DNA of 42,733 nucleotides from Burkholderiaceae bacterium (GCA_040377355.1 JBEIOY010000001.1:1-42733), one strand, 5' to 3'; shown: positions 1 through 10,151, counted from the stretch's first letter. Program-made: numbers and translations. Notes: generated by a model from the sequence alone, not told the origin.

Positions 1-230
1 CAATGGCATCACATGTTCCAGTGCTGGTCTCAAGCGCTTGTGGAGCGGCCAGTGATGTCAGCTCTCAACATGGCAGCGTCTTAGACTTACAAAACTCTTT
101 GGATGATTGGGTAGGTCAAGCAAATCATTGGCTTGATCATGCCAGTGAGGTACCAGGATATGAACGCCCTTGGTCTCAAGTGGCCAATGAGTATTTAACT
201 CAATATGAATTAATTGCTAAAAACAAATAG
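1..230 (+). CDS. Glycosyltransferase (GT4/group 1-like), C-terminal fragment truncated by the window start
   Basis: Begins MASHVPVLVSS..GA, matching the E-A-M-A-x-G-x-P-V-x-x-S segment of GT-B group 1 enzymes; ends with a W..VA..Y helix. Confidence 0.7.
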   Translation, partial: MASHVPVLVSSACGAASDVSSQHGSVLDLQNSLDDWVGQANHWLDHASEVPGYERPWSQVANEYLTQYELIAKNK

Positions 231-268
231 GTCTGCTTGATCAGATGTAACTCATCAAGCCTACCTCA

Positions 269-3200
269 TCAAGCGTACTTAACTTCGACCATTCCCTGGC
301 CGCCTGACTTACTCAAAGCCACGCTCAAGTTTCTAATGCTTTCATCATCAGGATAGATTTTCCAGGCATCTGGAAATTGAACCAAGCACGCAGTTCCATT
401 TGAAATAACATCCGCTGTCATCATCAAGCCTTGCTGATTTTTTCCTGCAAAGATGCTCACCTGCTCCTTGAACCCAGAAAGATCGATGCCCTGCTGTAAT
501 TGAACGTGAAGACTTCTAGCAAACTTTAAACGGGCTGTTGTGACATCCATGATTGAATCAGCAACAACCCTCATGCCTCCTGAAAATTTATCAGGCGTGA
601 CGCTGACTTTGGCGATGATCAATTCATCTTCTTTCAACCAATGTCTATTGGGTTCAAATAACTCGCTGTAAATGGTCATCTCCAGTTGAGCAGAACCATC
701 ATCAATGGTGGCAATCATCAATTTACCTCGTGGACCCATCATACTTCTGGTAGAGGTCATGATGCCAGCAATCAACCTGTCCTTGCCTTCGGTCAATTGA
801 TTTAGTTTGGTTCTCACAAAATGACTGACTTCATCGCAATATGCGTCAAATAAATGGCCTGTTAAATACAAACCTAATGCAGCTTTTTCTTCTTGTAGGC
901 GACGCTTCTCAAACCAAGCATCTTCTTTGATTAATTCTGGTTTGTGTTCATTGGATGAGCCGGCCATATCAAACAAGCTAACTTGCTGTGCAGATGCATC
1001 CGCCTGATCAGCAGCCTCCATCGCTCTTGGCAAAGACGCTAATAAAGTTGCGCGTGAGTCATAACCGCCATACAGAGAATCAAAGGCCCCTGCACGAATC
1101 AATGCTTCCATCGTGCGACGATTCACTACCCGACGATCTAATCTAGAACAGAAATCAAATAAATCCACAAAAGGGCCATCATTTCTGGCCTGAATAATTT
1201 GTTCAATCGCACCCTCTCCAGAACCTCTGATAGCGCCCAAGCCATAACGAATCATGGTAGCTGCTTGCTCTTTATTTTGAGGGTCTTCACGCAATGGCAT
1301 GAAACGGTAAACACTGGTGTTCACATCAGGGGGCAACATTTTGATCTTGTTAACCAAGGCATCTTCGTACAGTATTTTTACTTTATCGGTGTCGTCCATT
1401 GCCAATGACAAGTTGGCCGCGATAAATTCAGCGGGATAGTGGGCCTTTAACCAAGCGGTGTGATAAGCCAGTAAAGCATAGGCAGCGGCGTGTGACTTAT
1501 TAAAACCGTAGCCAGCAAACTTTTCCATCAAGTCAAAAGTTTCATCAGCCTTATCAGCTTTCAGCCCACTTTTACCTGCGCCATCTCTGAATAATTGACG
1601 ATGCTCCGCCATCTCTTCAGGTTTTTTCTTACCCATGGCACGACGCAATAAATCAGCGCCACCCAATGAATAACCACCAACGATCTGCGCCATCTGCATC
1701 ACCTGCTCTTGATAAACCATGATGCCGTAGGTTTCCCTTAAGACTGGCTCAACACGAGGATCTGGATAATGCACTTGTTCTTTACCGTGTTTACGGGCAA
1801 TGAACGACGGGATCAAATCCATCGGTCCCGGTCGGTACAAAGCCACCAAAGCGATGATGTCCTCAAAGCGGTCAGGCTTTGCTTCACGCAACATGCCTTG
1901 CATGCCACGACTTTCTAACTGGAATACGGCGACCGTATTGGCATTTTTTAAGATTTCAAAAACGGTAGGATCATCGAGCGGCACTTGACCAACACGCCAA
2001 TCTTTCTTCTCTGGATATAACTGATGAATAAATCTTTCAGCCCAATCCAAAATCGTGAGCGTTGTAAGACCCAAGAAGTCAAACTTGACCAAGCCAACAG
2101 CCTCAACGTCATCTTTATCAAATTGACTGACCACCCCAGTATCCGAACCTTCTTTGCCATCTTTACTGCCTTGTGTATAAAGCGGGCAAAAGTCTGTGAG
2201 CTTGCCTGGGGCAATCAATACGCCGCCAGCATGCATGCCGACATTTCGAGTCATGCCTTCTAACTGTTGAGCCAAACCCAATAATTGTTTAACTTCTTCC
2301 TCGCGAGACTCGCGTTCAGCCAAAAGCTTCTCTTCTTTTTTAGCCTGCTCAATGGTGACTTGTTGACCAGGTTTATTGGGAATTAATTTAGAAATACTGT
2401 CCACAAATCCATAGGGCTGCTCCAATACGCGACCCACATCTCGAATCGCTGCGCGCGCTGCCATCGTGCCAAATGTGGCAATTTGACTCACAGCATCTTT
2501 ACCGTACTTCTCTTTGACATAGGCAATCACCCGATCGCGACCGTGCTGACAGAAATCAATATCAAAGTCAGGCATTGATACACGTTCAGGGTTTAGGAAT
2601 CGCTCAAAGAGCAAGTTGTATCTCAGTGGGTCTAGATCAGTAATGCCCAGGGAGTAAGCCACCAAAGAACCTGCGCCTGAGCCTCGCCCAGGACCGACTG
2701 GTACGCCGTTATTCTTTGCCCAATTAATGAAGTCAGCCACAATCAAAAAGTAACCTGGGAAGCCCATCTGAGAAATAGTTCTAGCTTCAAACTTTAAGCG
2801 CACCTCATAACTGGGTCGTTGCTTTTCTCTTTCAGCTTCATGAGGGTACAAATGTAGCAAATGTTTGGATAAGCCTTCCATGGCTTTTTCCATCAAATAG
2901 TCATCCAATGTCATGCCTGCTGGCACCGGAAAATCTGGCAGCTGAGGCTTGCCCAAGGTCAGCGACAAATTACAACGCTTGGCAATTTCGACACTGTTAG
3001 TAATAGCTGCTGGTAAATCAGCAAACAAAGCTTGCATCTCTGCTTGAGTTTTAAAGTACTGGTCGGCCGTGAATTTCTTTGCGCGTTTAGGGTTGCCAAG
3101 CACCTCTCCTTCAGCAATGCACACCCTGGCTTCGTGCGCTCTGAAGTCAGTTGGCTTCATAAATTGAATGGCATGAGTTGCCACCACAGGCAACTGAAGC

Positions 3201-3775
3201 TCATTCGCTAAATGAACAGCTTCATGAAGATGTGCTTCATCCTGAGGGTGCCCTGCGCGTTGAATTTCAATATAATAGGATCCCTGGAAATAACCCGCCC
3301 ACTTTTTGGCAGAAGCGATCGCTTCATCGTGCTGACCCGCTAACAAATACTGCCCAACATCACCCAATCTTGCACCCGATAAAGCAATCAGACCCTCGGC
3401 GTGATCTTTGAACCACTTAGAATCGATTTCTGAACGGCCTTTGAATTGATTGGTCAACGATGCTTTGGTTAAGAGTTCGCATAAATTCAAATAACCTTGG
3501 TGATTTTTGACCAACAACTGAAGTCTGAATGGTTTATCTCTATCTTCGGCATTGGTGATCCAAACATCACTGCCAATGATGGGTTTAATACCTTCTTTGC
3601 GTGCCGCTTGATAGAATTTAACCAATCCAAAAACATTGCTTAAATCTGTTAGGGCCAAGGCGCCCATTTGATCTTTAACCACGGCAGCAATGGCGTCATC
3701 GATGCGCACAGCCCCATCCACAATAGAATATTCGGAGTGAAGACGCAAATGAATAAAGTTGGTATTTAAAGACAT
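269..3775 (-). CDS. dnaE: DNA polymerase III alpha subunit
   Basis: 1168 aa; PHP domain HLRLHSEYS, GPGRGSGAGS, RVSMPDFDIDF, FAGYGFNKSH motifs; no intein-sized insertion. Confidence 0.99.
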   Translation of the reverse strand: MSLNTNFIHLRLHSEYSIVDGAVRIDDAIAAVVKDQMGALALTDLSNVFGLVKFYQAARKEGIKPIIGSDVWITNAEDRDKPFRLQLLVKNHQGYLNLCELLTKASLTNQFKGRSEIDSKWFKDHAEGLIALSGARLGDVGQYLLAGQHDEAIASAKKWAGYFQGSYYIEIQRAGHPQDEAHLHEAVHLANELQLPVVATHAIQFMKPTDFRAHEARVCIAEGEVLGNPKRAKKFTADQYFKTQAEMQALFADLPAAITNSVEIAKRCNLSLTLGKPQLPDFPVPAGMTLDDYLMEKAMEGLSKHLLHLYPHEAEREKQRPSYEVRLKFEARTISQMGFPGYFLIVADFINWAKNNGVPVGPGRGSGAGSLVAYSLGITDLDPLRYNLLFERFLNPERVSMPDFDIDFCQHGRDRVIAYVKEKYGKDAVSQIATFGTMAARAAIRDVGRVLEQPYGFVDSISKLIPNKPGQQVTIEQAKKEEKLLAERESREEEVKQLLGLAQQLEGMTRNVGMHAGGVLIAPGKLTDFCPLYTQGSKDGKEGSDTGVVSQFDKDDVEAVGLVKFDFLGLTTLTILDWAERFIHQLYPEKKDWRVGQVPLDDPTVFEILKNANTVAVFQLESRGMQGMLREAKPDRFEDIIALVALYRPGPMDLIPSFIARKHGKEQVHYPDPRVEPVLRETYGIMVYQEQVMQMAQIVGGYSLGGADLLRRAMGKKKPEEMAEHRQLFRDGAGKSGLKADKADETFDLMEKFAGYGFNKSHAAAYALLAYHTAWLKAHYPAEFIAANLSLAMDDTDKVKILYEDALVNKIKMLPPDVNTSVYRFMPLREDPQNKEQAATMIRYGLGAIRGSGEGAIEQIIQARNDGPFVDLFDFCSRLDRRVVNRRTMEALIRAGAFDSLYGGYDSRATLLASLPRAMEAADQADASAQQVSLFDMAGSSNEHKPELIKEDAWFEKRRLQEEKAALGLYLTGHLFDAYCDEVSHFVRTKLNQLTEGKDRLIAGIMTSTRSMMGPRGKLMIATIDDGSAQLEMTIYSELFEPNRHWLKEDELIIAKVSVTPDKFSGGMRVVADSIMDVTTARLKFARSLHVQLQQGIDLSGFKEQVSIFAGKNQQGLMMTADVISNGTACLVQFPDAWKIYPDDESIRNLSVALSKSGGQGMVEVKYA

Positions 3776-3790
3776 GAGATGATTTTAGCT

Positions 3791-4696
3791 ATGTTCAAAA
3801 CTCAATACCGCGGTCGCTTCGCACCCTCACCCACAGGAGCTCTCCACGCCGGGTCGCTCGCAACCGCCCTAGGTAGTTGGCTTGACGCGCGGGCACATCA
3901 TGGAAAATGGCTTTTACGGATCGAGGACCTTGATTTACCAAGGTGCGTTCCAGGTGCCGACAAAATCATCATTCAACAACTCCTCAATTGCGGTTTGTAT
4001 TGGGATGAAGAGATTGAATACCAATCAAAACGAAGTCATTTGTACGAGTCGACCTTAAATCAACTAAAACAAGAAAAAAAGGCTTATGGTTGTCGATGTA
4101 CTCGCAAACAAATTGAGGATCAATTACTGCGTTTGGGAAAAAAGAAAGGCCGGCATGGTGAATTGGTCTACCCAGGAAGCTGTCGCAACTTAGCAGAAGT
4201 CACTGAGCCATGCGCTTGGCGTTTACTGGTCAAAGATCCCGAGATTGAATCATCAGTAGGAGATTTCGTCTTAAGGCGCTCAGACAGGATATTTACTTAT
4301 CAATTGGCCGTCGTGGTGGATGATCATTTACAAGGAATCACACACGTGGTCAGAGGTGAAGATTTATTGGATAACACCGCAAGGCAAATTTATCTTCAAC
4401 AACAACTCAATTACACCCAACCTCATTACCTTCATTTACCTTTGGTGCTCGACGGCAACAATGAAAAGCTCAGCAAACAAACCAATGCAACTGCCCTTGC
4501 TTGCAACACCCCTGGTGAGGCATTAAAAGCTCTTCAGGCTGCCGCAAAACATTTGGGCTTGAGTGAACCTGAACTTTTTAGCAACAGCCCTGACGGCCCT
4601 GATTCAAAAGAAGCCAATGAATTAAAGGTAAATGAAACAACGATCAAACAGTGGCTAGAAACCGCTGTTGAGCATTATCGAAACACTCGTCTATAA
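3791..4696 (+). CDS. gluQ: tRNA glutamyl-Q(34) synthetase
   Basis: RFAPSPTG.LHAGS (HIGH-like), RIEDLD, CxC...YPGSC zinc motif, RGEDLL, KLSKQ; no anticodon-binding domain. Start at ATG 3791 preferred over 3779. Confidence 0.93.
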   Translation: MFKTQYRGRFAPSPTGALHAGSLATALGSWLDARAHHGKWLLRIEDLDLPRCVPGADKIIIQQLLNCGLYWDEEIEYQSKRSHLYESTLNQLKQEKKAYGCRCTRKQIEDQLLRLGKKKGRHGELVYPGSCRNLAEVTEPCAWRLLVKDPEIESSVGDFVLRRSDRIFTYQLAVVVDDHLQGITHVVRGEDLLDNTARQIYLQQQLNYTQPHYLHLPLVLDGNNEKLSKQTNATALACNTPGEALKALQAAAKHLGLSEPELFSNSPDGPDSKEANELKVNETTIKQWLETAVEHYRNTRL

Positions 4697-4721
4697 ATTT
4701 AAATGCGGATTTAACTGCAGC

Positions 4722-6092
4722 TTATTTTTTAAAGCCGCCCAGCAAAGCAGCTCTTGGCTTTGCGCCAGGCTGAATAGATGGCTTGCTTGTTGCTGGCGTT
4801 GAAGTTTGAGTGCCTACCTGAGCAGTTGACTCAGCTTGACCTGTCACCGTTGGCTTGGCATCTTTGGCAGTTACTTGATAAGGCATATAGAAAAATGGAT
4901 CGCCTGCTGGACCATTCGTAGGATCAGGAACAGGTAAGCGAAGAAGCTTACGGTTCATCAACTTCTCAATATCAGCCAATAGTCTTTCTTCAGAGGCGTC
5001 CACCAATGCAATTGCGTCACCTTGTGCGCCCGCACGACCAGTACGACCAATGCGATGCACATAATCTTCAGCATTGAATGGCAGCTCATGATTGATCACA
5101 CAAGGCATATCTACAATATCCAGACCTCGAGCTGCAACATCAGTGGCAACCAATACATCCATCGCGCCCTTTTTAAAGGACTCCAAAATTTGCATGCGCT
5201 CAATCTGACTCTTATCTCCATGAATCGCACCGGCTTTGATACCACTGCGTTCTAAAGCACTGGCCAGCTTGCCGCAACCAATACGACTGTTGGTAAACAC
5301 GATGGCCTGACGAGTCAAACCTTGCTGAACCCGCGCTTTTAAAACTTTGATGACGGCGTCTTTCTTTTGCTCTGACGGCACCATGTGTATTACTTGGCGC
5401 ACAGTGTCTGCAGCCGCATTTTGTCTGGCAACCTCAATGGTCACTGGATCACGCAAATAGCTTTGTGCTAATTTTTTAATTTCTGTCGAAAAAGTGGCTG
5501 AGAATAAAAGTGTTTGACGTTTTGCTGGAATCAAACCAATGATGCGCTGAAGATCTGGCAAGAAACCCATATCTAACATGCGGTCTGCTTCATCCAAAAT
5601 CAAAAACTGCACTTGAGATAAGTTCGCATTTTTTTGACCAATGTGATCAAGTAAACGACCTGGTGTAGCAATTAATAGCTCAACACCTGAGCGCAATAAA
5701 CTTGTTTGAGCAGACATATCAACGCCACCAAACACCACCGCAGTTCTGATATCTGTGTACTTAGCGTATTTGAATGCATTATCAGCAACCTGATCTGCCA
5801 ACTCACGGGTTGGGGTTAAAACTAAAGCACGTATTGGATGTCTGGCAGGAGATGCGCTGCTACTGGCCATTGGCAAGATGTTTTGCAAAATGGGTAAAAC
5901 GAATGCAGCGGTTTTACCTGTACCCGTTTGAGCGGCACCCATCACATCTTGACCATTCAAGACATGCGGCATCGCTTGCGCTTGAATCGGTGTGGGCGTT
6001 GTATAGCCCTGTTCTAAAACAGCGCGCAGGATTGGTTCGGAAAATCCGAAATCGGTAAAACTTGGGGGTGTATTGGTTTGCTCTGTACTCAC
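4722..6092 (-). CDS. rhlE: DEAD-box RNA helicase (RhlE-like)
   Basis: AQTGTGKT, PTRELA, DEAD, SAT and HRIGRTGRAG motifs; GTG start. Confidence 0.9.
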   Translation of the reverse strand: MSTEQTNTPPSFTDFGFSEPILRAVLEQGYTTPTPIQAQAMPHVLNGQDVMGAAQTGTGKTAAFVLPILQNILPMASSSASPARHPIRALVLTPTRELADQVADNAFKYAKYTDIRTAVVFGGVDMSAQTSLLRSGVELLIATPGRLLDHIGQKNANLSQVQFLILDEADRMLDMGFLPDLQRIIGLIPAKRQTLLFSATFSTEIKKLAQSYLRDPVTIEVARQNAAADTVRQVIHMVPSEQKKDAVIKVLKARVQQGLTRQAIVFTNSRIGCGKLASALERSGIKAGAIHGDKSQIERMQILESFKKGAMDVLVATDVAARGLDIVDMPCVINHELPFNAEDYVHRIGRTGRAGAQGDAIALVDASEERLLADIEKLMNRKLLRLPVPDPTNGPAGDPFFYMPYQVTAKDAKPTVTGQAESTAQVGTQTSTPATSKPSIQPGAKPRAALLGGFKK

Positions 6093-6172
6093 AGGGCTCT
6101 ATTATGAGGCCTGTGAGTATTTAGCTGTGATTTATTGATGAGTCGGCGATTTAAAACCGATTGAAGACACTC

Positions 6173-6580
6173 TTAAAGAGCGGCAATACCAGCCTTGGCA
6201 ATTTCAGCATCTTCATTTGATTTAACGCCTGAAACGCCAATAGCGCCAATTGTTTGGCCGTCGAGCACGATGTTCACGCCACCCTCAAGGGTGCCTTGAA
6301 GAACTGCTGTGGCATTTAAAAATGAGTAACGACCGCCATTGATCACGTCTTCATAAATTTTGCTCTCGCGACGCCCTAAAGCTGATGCACGGCCTTTTTC
6401 TTGAGCAATATAGGTTGACACAGGCGGGCAATTGTCGCGACGTGTGAAGCCCAATAGATGGCCGCCATCATCAACCACTGCAATGGATACTGCCCAATTA
6501 TTTTTTTCAGCATGGGCATTGGCCGCGGCCAATATTTTTTGCACATCGGATTGATTTAAATAAGCTTTTTGACCTGGCAT
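6173..6580 (-). CDS. GlcG/HbpS family heme-binding protein
   Basis: VSIAVVDDGGHL, GG..I..DGQ.IGAIGVSG..S.ED..IA.AG signature. Confidence 0.9.
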   Translation of the reverse strand: MPGQKAYLNQSDVQKILAAANAHAEKNNWAVSIAVVDDGGHLLGFTRRDNCPPVSTYIAQEKGRASALGRRESKIYEDVINGGRYSFLNATAVLQGTLEGGVNIVLDGQTIGAIGVSGVKSNEDAEIAKAGIAAL

Positions 6581-6690
6581 GCTGTTCTCCTATGAAGATT
6601 TATGTTTTTTAAGACTTTGTACGATACCTTAAATTGGTCTTTTCGTCCCCTACAGGCAGTAGCTACGCATCAATTAATCAAAATAAATAG

Positions 6691-6708
6691 TTAATATTAA
6701 TATATAAT
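6691..6708 (+). promoter_or_regulatory. AT-rich palindrome plus -10 box upstream of the ArsR-family gene; candidate autoregulatory operator
   Basis: TTAATATTAA at 6691-6700 and TATAAT at 6703-6708 within a very AT-rich tract. Confidence 0.35.
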
Positions 6709-6740
6709 GTAAATAACTTATTAATAAATTGGTGAACCTG

Positions 6741-7079
6741 ATGGATGCAAAAGAGAAGTTATCAATGAGTGAAAGCAAGCAGTTTGATATTGCTGCAATG
6801 AGAGATAACGCAGACGAAGCATGTCGCATGATGAAAACATTGGCCAATCGTGATCGCTTGATGTTGCTTTGCCAATTGAGCCAAGGTGAGAAGCGCGTTG
6901 GCGAGTTAGAAGAAGTCACCAATATTCATCAGCCTACTTTGTCACAACAATTGGCTGTGCTTCGTGAAGAAGGTGTTGTATCAACGCGCCGAGATGGCAA
7001 ACATATTTACTACAAAATTTCGAGCCCCATCGCGATATCCGTGATGGAATTGTTGTACGCCAGCTACTGTGGCAAATAA
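6741..7079 (+). CDS. ArsR/SmtB family regulator, BigR/SqrR/YgaV-like
   Basis: LAN.DRL.LLCQL, QPTLSQQLAVLR..G.V..RRDGK.IYY; Cys in RLMLLC and C-terminal YCGK are 66 residues apart. Start could be 6741 or 6765. Confidence 0.88.
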   Translation: MDAKEKLSMSESKQFDIAAMRDNADEACRMMKTLANRDRLMLLCQLSQGEKRVGELEEVTNIHQPTLSQQLAVLREEGVVSTRRDGKHIYYKISSPIAISVMELLYASYCGK

Positions 7080-7089
7080 GGAGAAGTTT

Positions 7090-7278
7090 ATGAAAAGCAA
7101 TGTCGGCGGAATTGACCGCACTTTACGTATTGCAATTGGTGCACTCTTGGTTGTTTTGGCAATCATTGGTGTGATTGGTAACTGGGGTTGGATTGGTTTG
7201 TTGCCAATCGCAACAGGCGTTTTTCGCTTCTGCCCTGCCTACCCATTATTAGGAATTAAAACTTGTAAAAATGATTGA
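7090..7278 (+). CDS. DUF2892 / YgaP-like small membrane protein
   Basis: MKSNVGGIDR.LR...G, two hydrophobic helices, FCPAY.LLGI.TC; GGAG ribosome-binding site before ATG 7090. Confidence 0.9.
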   Translation: MKSNVGGIDRTLRIAIGALLVVLAIIGVIGNWGWIGLLPIATGVFRFCPAYPLLGIKTCKND

Positions 7279-7316
7279 TTCTGATTCTTCAATCTAACGC
7301 TTCATACGATTGGCGA

Positions 7317-7688
7317 TCAACCCCAAAAGTTCATCGCCAATCCGTAAAGTACCAAACCAAATGTTCCAACTAGCAGTGCCGGAATCATCCTCTCCCCTGG
7401 CTTTGAATACATGATGATCAGTGCCACAATACTCACCCCCAAGCGAATAGAAATCGGCACCGTGGCAAGCAAACCCACTGGCAACAAAATGATTCGAACG
7501 GTTAATGCTGCCACCATCGCATAAGTGACCGCAGATAACCATTTGAATAGCTCGCTCTCTTGGCTTATTTTTCCAGAAAAATAAACACCCAAACCACGCC
7601 AAAAATAAGTACCAATACAAGCAGCAATCAAAGCAGCCCACATACCGGCATCATTGAACATGGCGCTTAATTCTGATGTCTCAGGCAT
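7317..7688 (-). CDS. AzlD-domain membrane protein
   Basis: Hydrophobic 123 aa protein with TY.WR.LG motif, overlapping the end of an AzlC gene. Confidence 0.8.
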   Translation of the reverse strand: MPETSELSAMFNDAGMWAALIAACIGTYFWRGLGVYFSGKISQESELFKWLSAVTYAMVAALTVRIILLPVGLLATVPISIRLGVSIVALIIMYSKPGERMIPALLVGTFGLVLYGLAMNFWG

Positions 7689-8388
7689 GTTGTCTATTCC
7701 TAAAATGCTTATCGATCATGTAAGCAATCGTGCCGCCGACAATTCCGGCAATTAATAAAGAATAATCAGGAAACCAAAGATAAGAGAGCAAGCCAATTGG
7801 TGCGCCCAATAGGATGGCCATGCGATTTGCTCTTGGCTTGACTTCAGTGAAGGTCAATAAGAAAAAGAGTGGGTTAATAAATACCAAACCCAAATTGATA
7901 TAACTTGGTACCTGTCCAGCCACCAAATAACCCAGAACTGTTGCTGGCGTTGATACAGCCCAACATACAAAGGCGAATCCTGTGAAGTAAGAAAGACGGT
8001 CCTCAGGTTTCATTTTTGGAAAATCTCTCATGGACACAGCCCAGGCTGTCATCGCCACAAAATGAACCACCAAATAATAAAAAGAACTGCGCTGCTTTTC
8101 CAGAAACTGTGGAAAGAGCGTTAAACACATCGTGAAGAACCGTGTGGCCGTGAGCGTGACGGCGATCGCAATCGCGACACCCGAAGCACTCAAGACGAGC
8201 ATTTCAACGAGCACCACTTGACCAGGGAGCGCAAACATAAAGAAACTGGTGGCACTGGTTAGCCAAATATCTAGGCCATTGGCCTGCCCCATCGCACCAA
8301 AACCCAACATACCGGCAAACAAAATGCCAGCAGGCACTCCAAAAGCATCTTTGGCGCCCTTTATAACGATGTCTCTATTCAAACTCAT
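7681..8388 (-). CDS. AzlC family branched-chain amino acid exporter permease
   Basis: Polytopic membrane protein with AzlC-like GFGA, MFALPGQ and T.LGY segments; paired with an AzlD gene. Confidence 0.8.
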   Translation of the reverse strand: MSLNRDIVIKGAKDAFGVPAGILFAGMLGFGAMGQANGLDIWLTSATSFFMFALPGQVVLVEMLVLSASGVAIAIAVTLTATRFFTMCLTLFPQFLEKQRSSFYYLVVHFVAMTAWAVSMRDFPKMKPEDRLSYFTGFAFVCWAVSTPATVLGYLVAGQVPSYINLGLVFINPLFFLLTFTEVKPRANRMAILLGAPIGLLSYLWFPDYSLLIAGIVGGTIAYMIDKHFRNRQHA

Positions 8389-8429
8389 GGGATGCAGTTT
8401 ATTGGTTTTTTAACTTTTAGTTATTTGAT

Positions 8430-9560
8430 CTATTTAATTACTTTACTTGTCTGCATCAAAGCCCACTCAATATGCTCTCTCAGTATGTCACTGGCATTTG
8501 TTAACCCCTGCTTTAAACCAATCGTGATTTTTTCTCTGACACCATCATCAAGACTCGCTGATCTCAGAGCATTCCCCATGCTTACGGAGAGATTGCGCCT
8601 CCAGGATTCGTACCCAATCCTGCGAATCGGACTGCCTTCGTGGTTCGATAGAAAATCTTCTTCTGACCATGACCACAAATTCAATAAGTCGGCATGCTCT
8701 AAACCATGCCTTGGTAAAAAATCAGGTACTGAACTTAATTGAGCAAATTTATTCCAAGGGCAAACTAGCTGACAGTCATCGCATCCGTACACTCGATTAC
8801 CCATCAAGGGTCTTATCTCCTCGGGAATAGATCCTTGATGCTCAATCGTCAAATAGGAAATACAACGACGTGCGTCTAATTGGTAAGGCGCTGTAATAGC
8901 TTGGGTTGGACAGATATTGATGCAAGCAGAACATTCACCACAATGACTGGTAATAGGTTCATCAACAGGAAAAGGTACATCCACCAATATTTCACCCAAG
9001 AAAAACATCGACCCTGCTTCACGATTCAGCAGCAAGGTGTGTTTGCCGCGCCAACCCAAACCCGATTTATTGGCCAACTCAACTTCCATGACCGGGCCGG
9101 AGTCAACAAATACCCGATAACCAAAAGGGCCTATCTTTTTCTCGATCACATCAGCCAACAGTTGCAAGCGTTGGCGCAACACCTTGTGATAGTCACGACC
9201 TCGGGCGTACATGGCCACCACCGCCTGAGAAGGCTCATCCCATCGGTCTATTTCTTTGTTACGCCAATCAACGGCTTGGCGCATTTCAGAGGTATCGGGC
9301 AAGTAATCCATTCGAACCGTCAAGACTCGAACCGTGCCTGGCTGCAATTCTTGAGGATTGAGTCGCAAATGAGCGCGCTCCCTCATATAATTCATGTCAC
9401 CGTGACGCCCAGCATCCAACCACTCTTTCAATCTTGGTCCTGCCACACTCAAATCTGTGTCAGAAACTCTGATATCGCCAAACCCCAAGTCGATAGCTTC
9501 ACGCCTCAACCAAGAAATATCTTGGATGAAATCATCTTTGGCTGCTTTGGTTTGAGTCAC
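8430..9560 (-). CDS. queG: tRNA epoxyqueuosine(34) reductase
   Basis: YARGRDYH, VDSGPVME, CGECSACINICPT, RCISYLTIE, GCDDCQLVCPWN. GTG start at 9560 has a GGAG upstream; the longer ORF start would overlap tsaE. Confidence 0.96.
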   Translation of the reverse strand: MTQTKAAKDDFIQDISWLRREAIDLGFGDIRVSDTDLSVAGPRLKEWLDAGRHGDMNYMRERAHLRLNPQELQPGTVRVLTVRMDYLPDTSEMRQAVDWRNKEIDRWDEPSQAVVAMYARGRDYHKVLRQRLQLLADVIEKKIGPFGYRVFVDSGPVMEVELANKSGLGWRGKHTLLLNREAGSMFFLGEILVDVPFPVDEPITSHCGECSACINICPTQAITAPYQLDARRCISYLTIEHQGSIPEEIRPLMGNRVYGCDDCQLVCPWNKFAQLSSVPDFLPRHGLEHADLLNLWSWSEEDFLSNHEGSPIRRIGYESWRRNLSVSMGNALRSASLDDGVREKITIGLKQGLTNASDILREHIEWALMQTSKVIK

Positions 9561-9593
9561 GATTTTTGCTCCATGATGAGATTGTAGGGCCCA

Positions 9594-10151
9594 ATGACAA
9601 AAGATACTCATCTGATGATTCCGTCCAGAACCCTTTCCTCTGAGCAAGACACAGATGCATTTGCTCTTCAGTTTGCTAACCGGATTCAAAAGCTTTTCCT
9701 AGCTAAAAATAGTCCCTCAAATAAAGCCCTTCATTTTTCTTTGGTGGGTGATCTGGGTGTTGGTAAAACCACTTTGACAAGATATTTACTTAGATCATTG
9801 GGGCATGTGGGTAAAGTCAAGAGCCCCACCTATGGTTTGTGCGAACCCTACCAAGTGAATCTCAATTTAAAAAACAACACAAATGAAATAACCAAAACAC
9901 TCTTGCCCTTTCACCACTTTGATTTGTACCGCATGAGTTATGCCAAAGAATGGATGGACGCTGGATTCAGAGATGTGTTCAGTGAAGCAGGTATCTGCAT
10001 GGTCGAATGGCCAGAAAAAGCAGAGGGTACTTTGCCTTTGGCCGACTGGATCATTACTTTATCGACCAATGATGATGACACCCGATCATTGATGATCAGC
10101 AGTCAGACCAATATTGGCGATGAATTGATCAAAGGATTTCAAGAAACATGA
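9594..10151 (+). CDS. tsaE: t6A37 biosynthesis ATPase
   Basis: GDLGVGKTT, VKSPTY, HFDLYR, EWPE; conserved queG-tsaE-amiC context. Confidence 0.96.
   Translation: MTKDTHLMIPSRTLSSEQDTDAFALQFANRIQKLFLAKNSPSNKALHFSLVGDLGVGKTTLTRYLLRSLGHVGKVKSPTYGLCEPYQVNLNLKNNTNEITKTLLPFHHFDLYRMSYAKEWMDAGFRDVFSEAGICMVEWPEKAEGTLPLADWIITLSTNDDDTRSLMISSQTNIGDELIKGFQET

Noticed and set aside
8880-9587. 235-aa ORF antisense to queG, and similar shadow ORFs inside dnaE, lpxK, gabD, ribBA and yajQ
   Set aside because: Fully overlap well-conserved genes and show no recognisable motifs; expected from codon-usage bias.
9561-9689. N-terminal extension of QueG overlapping tsaE
   Set aside because: ORF-caller artefact; the GTG at 9560 has a GGAG site and avoids the overlap.
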